Source: Nanobdellota archaeon (lineage in GTDB: Archaea; Nanobdellota; Nanobdellia; Woesearchaeales; GW2011-AR4). From it: DNA of 55,216 nt. Positions within the stretch are counted from its first letter, which is position 1. Every line of letters begins with the position of its first letter. Positions 51,789-55,216 of this stretch are shown here, in pieces. The stretch is from contig JBBSWH010000012.1 of assembly GCA_038046385.1 (NCBI GenBank), positions 1 to 55,216 on the forward strand. The letters are read 5' to 3'. Both the position numbers and the translations under genes were made by a program. The notes below the pieces were generated by a model. The model was not told where the DNA came from and did not search any database. It saw only the letters and a program-made list of their open reading frames with translations.

Positions 51789-54053
51789 CTAAAAATTCTT
51801 CTTCGTGCTTAATTCCTGCCTTTTAAGATAATGATTAAAGAGATCAACAAGGCTGTTGTAAATCGAAACAAACTCTGCTTCCTTCTGCACATCATCTAAA
51901 ACAACTGGCTTCTTTGTCATCCCTTTTATCTCGTCTGTAAATTCTCTTTCTATGCCTGCAAGCTCCTTCTCCTTGGACTGTATGTCAATGTGCCTCTTGG
52001 TGAAGTAGTCATAAAGATCAACTAATTTATTATACAAATTTCCGTACCTCTTGCTGGATTTCACAACACTTATCATGTGCGGCTTTGATATCTCCTCTAT
52101 CTCCTGCATCAGCTCTTCTTCCCTGTCGTAAGTGTCAATGTTTACTTTGTCCTGCACGTATTCAAGCAGCTTTAATATTGACGTAAACTCTTCGTAAGTG
52201 TCTGCAGCTTTCAAAAGCGCCTTGTCCTCAATCAAATCAAGTATTTTCTTGAACGCTTCGGAATCTATTTTTATCATGTCAACCCTTTCCTTTCTTGACT
52301 TTGCTGCATTTGACAGCGTGCTGTATATTGGGTTTATTTCTTTATACAATTCAGGATAGCTGTCAAATTTGTGCTTGGTGGCAAGAGAATACACATTATT
52401 TTTAAGCTTCTTCTCAATGTCAACAAGCAGCTTGTTCTCGACGTCCATTATCTGGATTATCTCCCTCTTATGCGTCTGCTTCATCATCTCTTCCTTGCTT
52501 TTCTTTTTGTATTCATAATAGGAATAGTGCCTTATAACGGCGGAAACAGCAACCGGAATCAGCAAAATACCAAAAGCCGGAATCCACGAATATTTAATCA
52601 AATTTTCAAAATTGTTGCTGAATATGTAAATGTAAAGTGAAACCAAAATTGTTATCCCGGCAGTGTTCATAGACGACCTATACATTCTTTTCTGAAGCGG
52701 CCTGTATTTTGTATATGCCTTTTTGTAGTCTTCAAACTTCCTCTTTTTTATCCTGTGCACATAAACTCTGTCCCCGGCCACAGTCATGGCTATAAGGATG
52801 GATATCAGCAATATCAGCAGCCACGGAAATTTCTTCGGAATTTGCAGCACTTGCTGCAGCTCAAGGAACGGTATTTTTGCAAATTTCTTTATCTCGCACG
52901 GATTGCATGGCCCTCCGCAGTCCACCCCGGTTTCATTCTGGTTTTGCATATCATCATCGCATGTTGGAATTTCGCAGGGGTCGCATGGCCCTCCGCAGTC
53001 TATTTTTTCCTCTCCTCCGTTTCTTATTCCATCGTCGCACGTCGGAGTGTATTCACACCTGTCAATCTCTTTTGGCTTTTTTATTTTTGTAATGCACTTG
53101 TTGATGTCTGTGCATTTTCTTGTTGTAAAACTTTCAATGCTGCATTTATTCCATTCGCTGCATTCCCATTTTTCGTCGCATTTGTAGAACGGAGCCCTTC
53201 CTGCGCCTGATGATGAAGTTCCTGCGCCGCTTCCTGCGGCGGTTCCTCCGCCTCCTGAAGAGCTTCCGGATTCTCCTTCTTCCCCTGGCGGAGGTTCAGG
53301 GCACGATCCGCAGTCTGAAGGGCAAGTTGCGCAGTTTTCCCCGTTTCCGCATGACACATCTCCGCAGTACGGCCCTCTAACAACTCTGAAAGATATGACT
53401 TCATAATCATAGAAAAACCCGTCAAAAGCAGTTATGTTTATCGTATGGTTGCCAATATCGGAAAGAGACGGCGTAAAATTAATGATTCCTGTTCCAGAAT
53501 TAATTGTGAATATTGTCGAGTTGGACCCGAAAACCAAAGTGTCTCCTTCCGGGTCTGTTGCATCTACATTCAACTCAAAGAGAGTCCCTTCTGTTGCGAC
53601 TTGAGAGCCTATCTCGGACAAAATAGGCGCGTTATTTGAGTTTTGTATTTCAAAATTAAATGACCTGCTGTCTGTGAACATTCCATCGTAGCAGGTGACA
53701 TTTATTGTGTTGTTTCCGACAAGGCTTTCGCCAAATGCAGTTTGGTTTATAACTCCCGTCGAGTCATTTATGTCAAATCCTGTAAAATTATCAAGATATG
53801 TCAATACATCTGCAAGATCCTCATCAGTGCAATTGACATCAAAGTAAAAATTGCTTGACTGATTGATTGTGAAATTGGTCATATTGTGGGCAAACTGCGG
53901 CGGGAAGCTGCTTCTTATTCTTACAGTTGAAACCACATTGCCGGTTAACCCTTTTTTAATCAGCTCTGCAGGCACGACGAGCAGCAATAAAAATACTGTA
54001 AACAATACAACTATCATCCAGTTCCTTGCCGCTCCGAATTTATTTCTGTTCAT
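51789..54053 (-). CDS. Multi-TM surface protein with cadherin-like Ig domains, Cys-rich repeats and a cytoplasmic helical domain
   Basis: N-terminal TM followed by LTGNVV; two DATDPEGD-type Ig domains; CGDxxC..GENC.TCP.DCG; WECSEW; two CDD..N..E..xDCGGPC repeats; three TMs; long helical tail. Confidence 0.85.
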   Translation of the reverse strand: MNRNKFGAARNWMIVVLFTVFLLLLVVPAELIKKGLTGNVVSTVRIRSSFPPQFAHNMTNFTINQSSNFYFDVNCTDEDLADVLTYLDNFTGFDINDSTGVINQTAFGESLVGNNTINVTCYDGMFTDSRSFNFEIQNSNNAPILSEIGSQVATEGTLFELNVDATDPEGDTLVFGSNSTIFTINSGTGIINFTPSLSDIGNHTINITAFDGFFYDYEVISFRVVRGPYCGDVSCGNGENCATCPSDCGSCPEPPPGEEGESGSSSGGGGTAAGSGAGTSSSGAGRAPFYKCDEKWECSEWNKCSIESFTTRKCTDINKCITKIKKPKEIDRCEYTPTCDDGIRNGGEEKIDCGGPCDPCEIPTCDDDMQNQNETGVDCGGPCNPCEIKKFAKIPFLELQQVLQIPKKFPWLLILLISILIAMTVAGDRVYVHRIKKRKFEDYKKAYTKYRPLQKRMYRSSMNTAGITILVSLYIYIFSNNFENLIKYSWIPAFGILLIPVAVSAVIRHYSYYEYKKKSKEEMMKQTHKREIIQIMDVENKLLVDIEKKLKNNVYSLATKHKFDSYPELYKEINPIYSTLSNAAKSRKERVDMIKIDSEAFKKILDLIEDKALLKAADTYEEFTSILKLLEYVQDKVNIDTYDREEELMQEIEEISKPHMISVVKSSKRYGNLYNKLVDLYDYFTKRHIDIQSKEKELAGIEREFTDEIKGMTKKPVVLDDVQKEAEFVSIYNSLVDLFNHYLKRQELSTKKNF

Positions 54054-55215
54054 TTTTTAATTTGCAGTCCTCATCAGTCATGTCAATCTTGCCGTCGCAG
54101 TCATTATCCGCAACATCATTGCAAACCTCGCTTGGCATGGTTTGTCTCCATCCAAATGATAGCCCGTTGGAAGTGCATTTCCATCCGGTATTGCTGCTAG
54201 CATCTGAGCACAGTTCATGCTTGCTCTCGCTGCACTCGTTCCATGTATTCTTGAAGCAGTGCATAATATGCCCTTCATATTCTGGAGTTCCAGATGCTTG
54301 GCATTTTCCGTCATAATCCACGCACGAATCAGCAGCATTGCAGCATCCGCTCTGGAAAGTGTCTTTTTGGACAATGTAATATTCGTTCTCATCATTGCCG
54401 CAGCATGCGCTTCTGCCTCCAACTCCGAAGAAATTTCCGTATCCCAGCCCGTAATCCAAAGGAGTTTTGTCTTTTGCACAATAAACACACTGCCCAATAG
54501 ACTCTTCAGGCGTTTTGCACTTTCCGTCAGAATCGCACGAGCTTCCCTGCAAGCATTCTGTTGAGTCGCATAGCTGCCTTTTAGTGTATACGCATCCGTT
54601 ATTGCTGCATGATTCAACAGAGCACTCGCTTTGAGAGCAGTCTTTTTCAGTCTGGCAGCATCCTGACACTCCTGCACAATCCTCGTCAGCGCAGTCTTTT
54701 TTTCCATCGCAGTCATTGTCTATGTCATCACTGCACTTTATTTCTACAGAGTCCTCTTTCAGATAAAGCATTCCTTCTTTGCTGCATACATCGCACGAGT
54801 CTCCAGCGCCATCTTTGTCATAATCTTCTTGGTTAAGATTAGGGACATCTATGCAGTTATCTTTTACATCACAAACACCATCTCCATCAGAATCAGTGCA
54901 GCAAATTCCGGATGAAAATTGGCATTTTCCTATTTTACAGGGGTCTTCTGAGCATGTTGTATTGTCATACTTGTAATCGCCGCATCCTTTTACAGAAGAG
55001 CATTTGCCGCATGCGCCTATATTATCCTGGCTTTTTCCCATAAACCCGGGCTTATTCTTTGTGAAAAAACATCCTTCTTCAAATTTGCTGCATTCATTTC
55101 TTCTGCATAAATTGAAAATTCCGTATCCGCACTGCGAGCAGTATTTCCATATGCATGGCTCTTCATCAGTTTTTCCGTTGTCGTTTTCATCTTTCCCGCT
55201 GCCGCAGATTTCAGG
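54040..55215 (-). CDS. Cys/Asp-rich secreted protein with thrombospondin type 3-like and DNDCDG repeats (5'-truncated by the window)
   Basis: The frame stays open from 55041 to the window edge (PEICGSGKDENDNGKTDE...). Contains DSDGDGVCDVKDNC..PNLNQEDYDKDGAGDSCD and two E.C.D..DNDCDG..D..DEDC repeats. Confidence 0.85.
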   Translation of the reverse strand, partial: PEICGSGKDENDNGKTDEEPCIWKYCSQCGYGIFNLCRRNECSKFEEGCFFTKNKPGFMGKSQDNIGACGKCSSVKGCGDYKYDNTTCSEDPCKIGKCQFSSGICCTDSDGDGVCDVKDNCIDVPNLNQEDYDKDGAGDSCDVCSKEGMLYLKEDSVEIKCSDDIDNDCDGKKDCADEDCAGVSGCCQTEKDCSQSECSVESCSNNGCVYTKRQLCDSTECLQGSSCDSDGKCKTPEESIGQCVYCAKDKTPLDYGLGYGNFFGVGGRSACCGNDENEYYIVQKDTFQSGCCNAADSCVDYDGKCQASGTPEYEGHIMHCFKNTWNECSESKHELCSDASSNTGWKCTSNGLSFGWRQTMPSEVCNDVADNDCDGKIDMTDEDCKLKNEQK

Positions 55216-55216
55216 C

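Noticed and set aside
1300-54836. Numerous 60-220 aa ORFs antisense to or overlapping the long genes (e.g. 8906..9427, 29296..29967, 45201..45764, 54078..54716)
   Set aside because: They are shadow frames of well-supported genes, with no recognisable motifs or independent promoters.

Overview
A 55.2-kb window from an archaeon, most likely DPANN/Woesearchaeota-like. This is inferred from BRE/TATA promoters, a PGF-pre-PGF domain, KaiC-like ATPases and lineage-typical membrane proteins. No rRNA, tRNA or CRISPR array is visible. There are three kinds of content. (1) Five clusters of large, sequon-rich surface proteins, including a ~4,400-aa giant with a 662-bp nucleotide-identical internal duplication; each cluster is headed by a small RHH/HTH regulator. 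(2) A signal-transduction neighbourhood: two KaiC-like ATPases, three Walker-A-less KaiC-like domains, a PAS-PAS protein, a dCache-HAMP histidine kinase, a REC protein, a multi-TM protein and a V4R protein. (3) The most striking item: a two-gene operon encoding a TsrM-like cobalamin-dependent radical-SAM methylase and a methyltransferase fused to a LuxI/FeeM-type acyltransferase. It converges on a KaiC-V4R unit, and the five genes are bracketed by a shared 15-bp motif. This is a candidate archaeal small-molecule signal synthesis and sensing system. The window also has a convergent PIN/RHH toxin-antitoxin pair, a probable IS200/IS605 right end, an inverted pair of structured intergenic elements, and two small ORFs missed by the ORF track. 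All family calls come from motif recognition by eye, not database searches.
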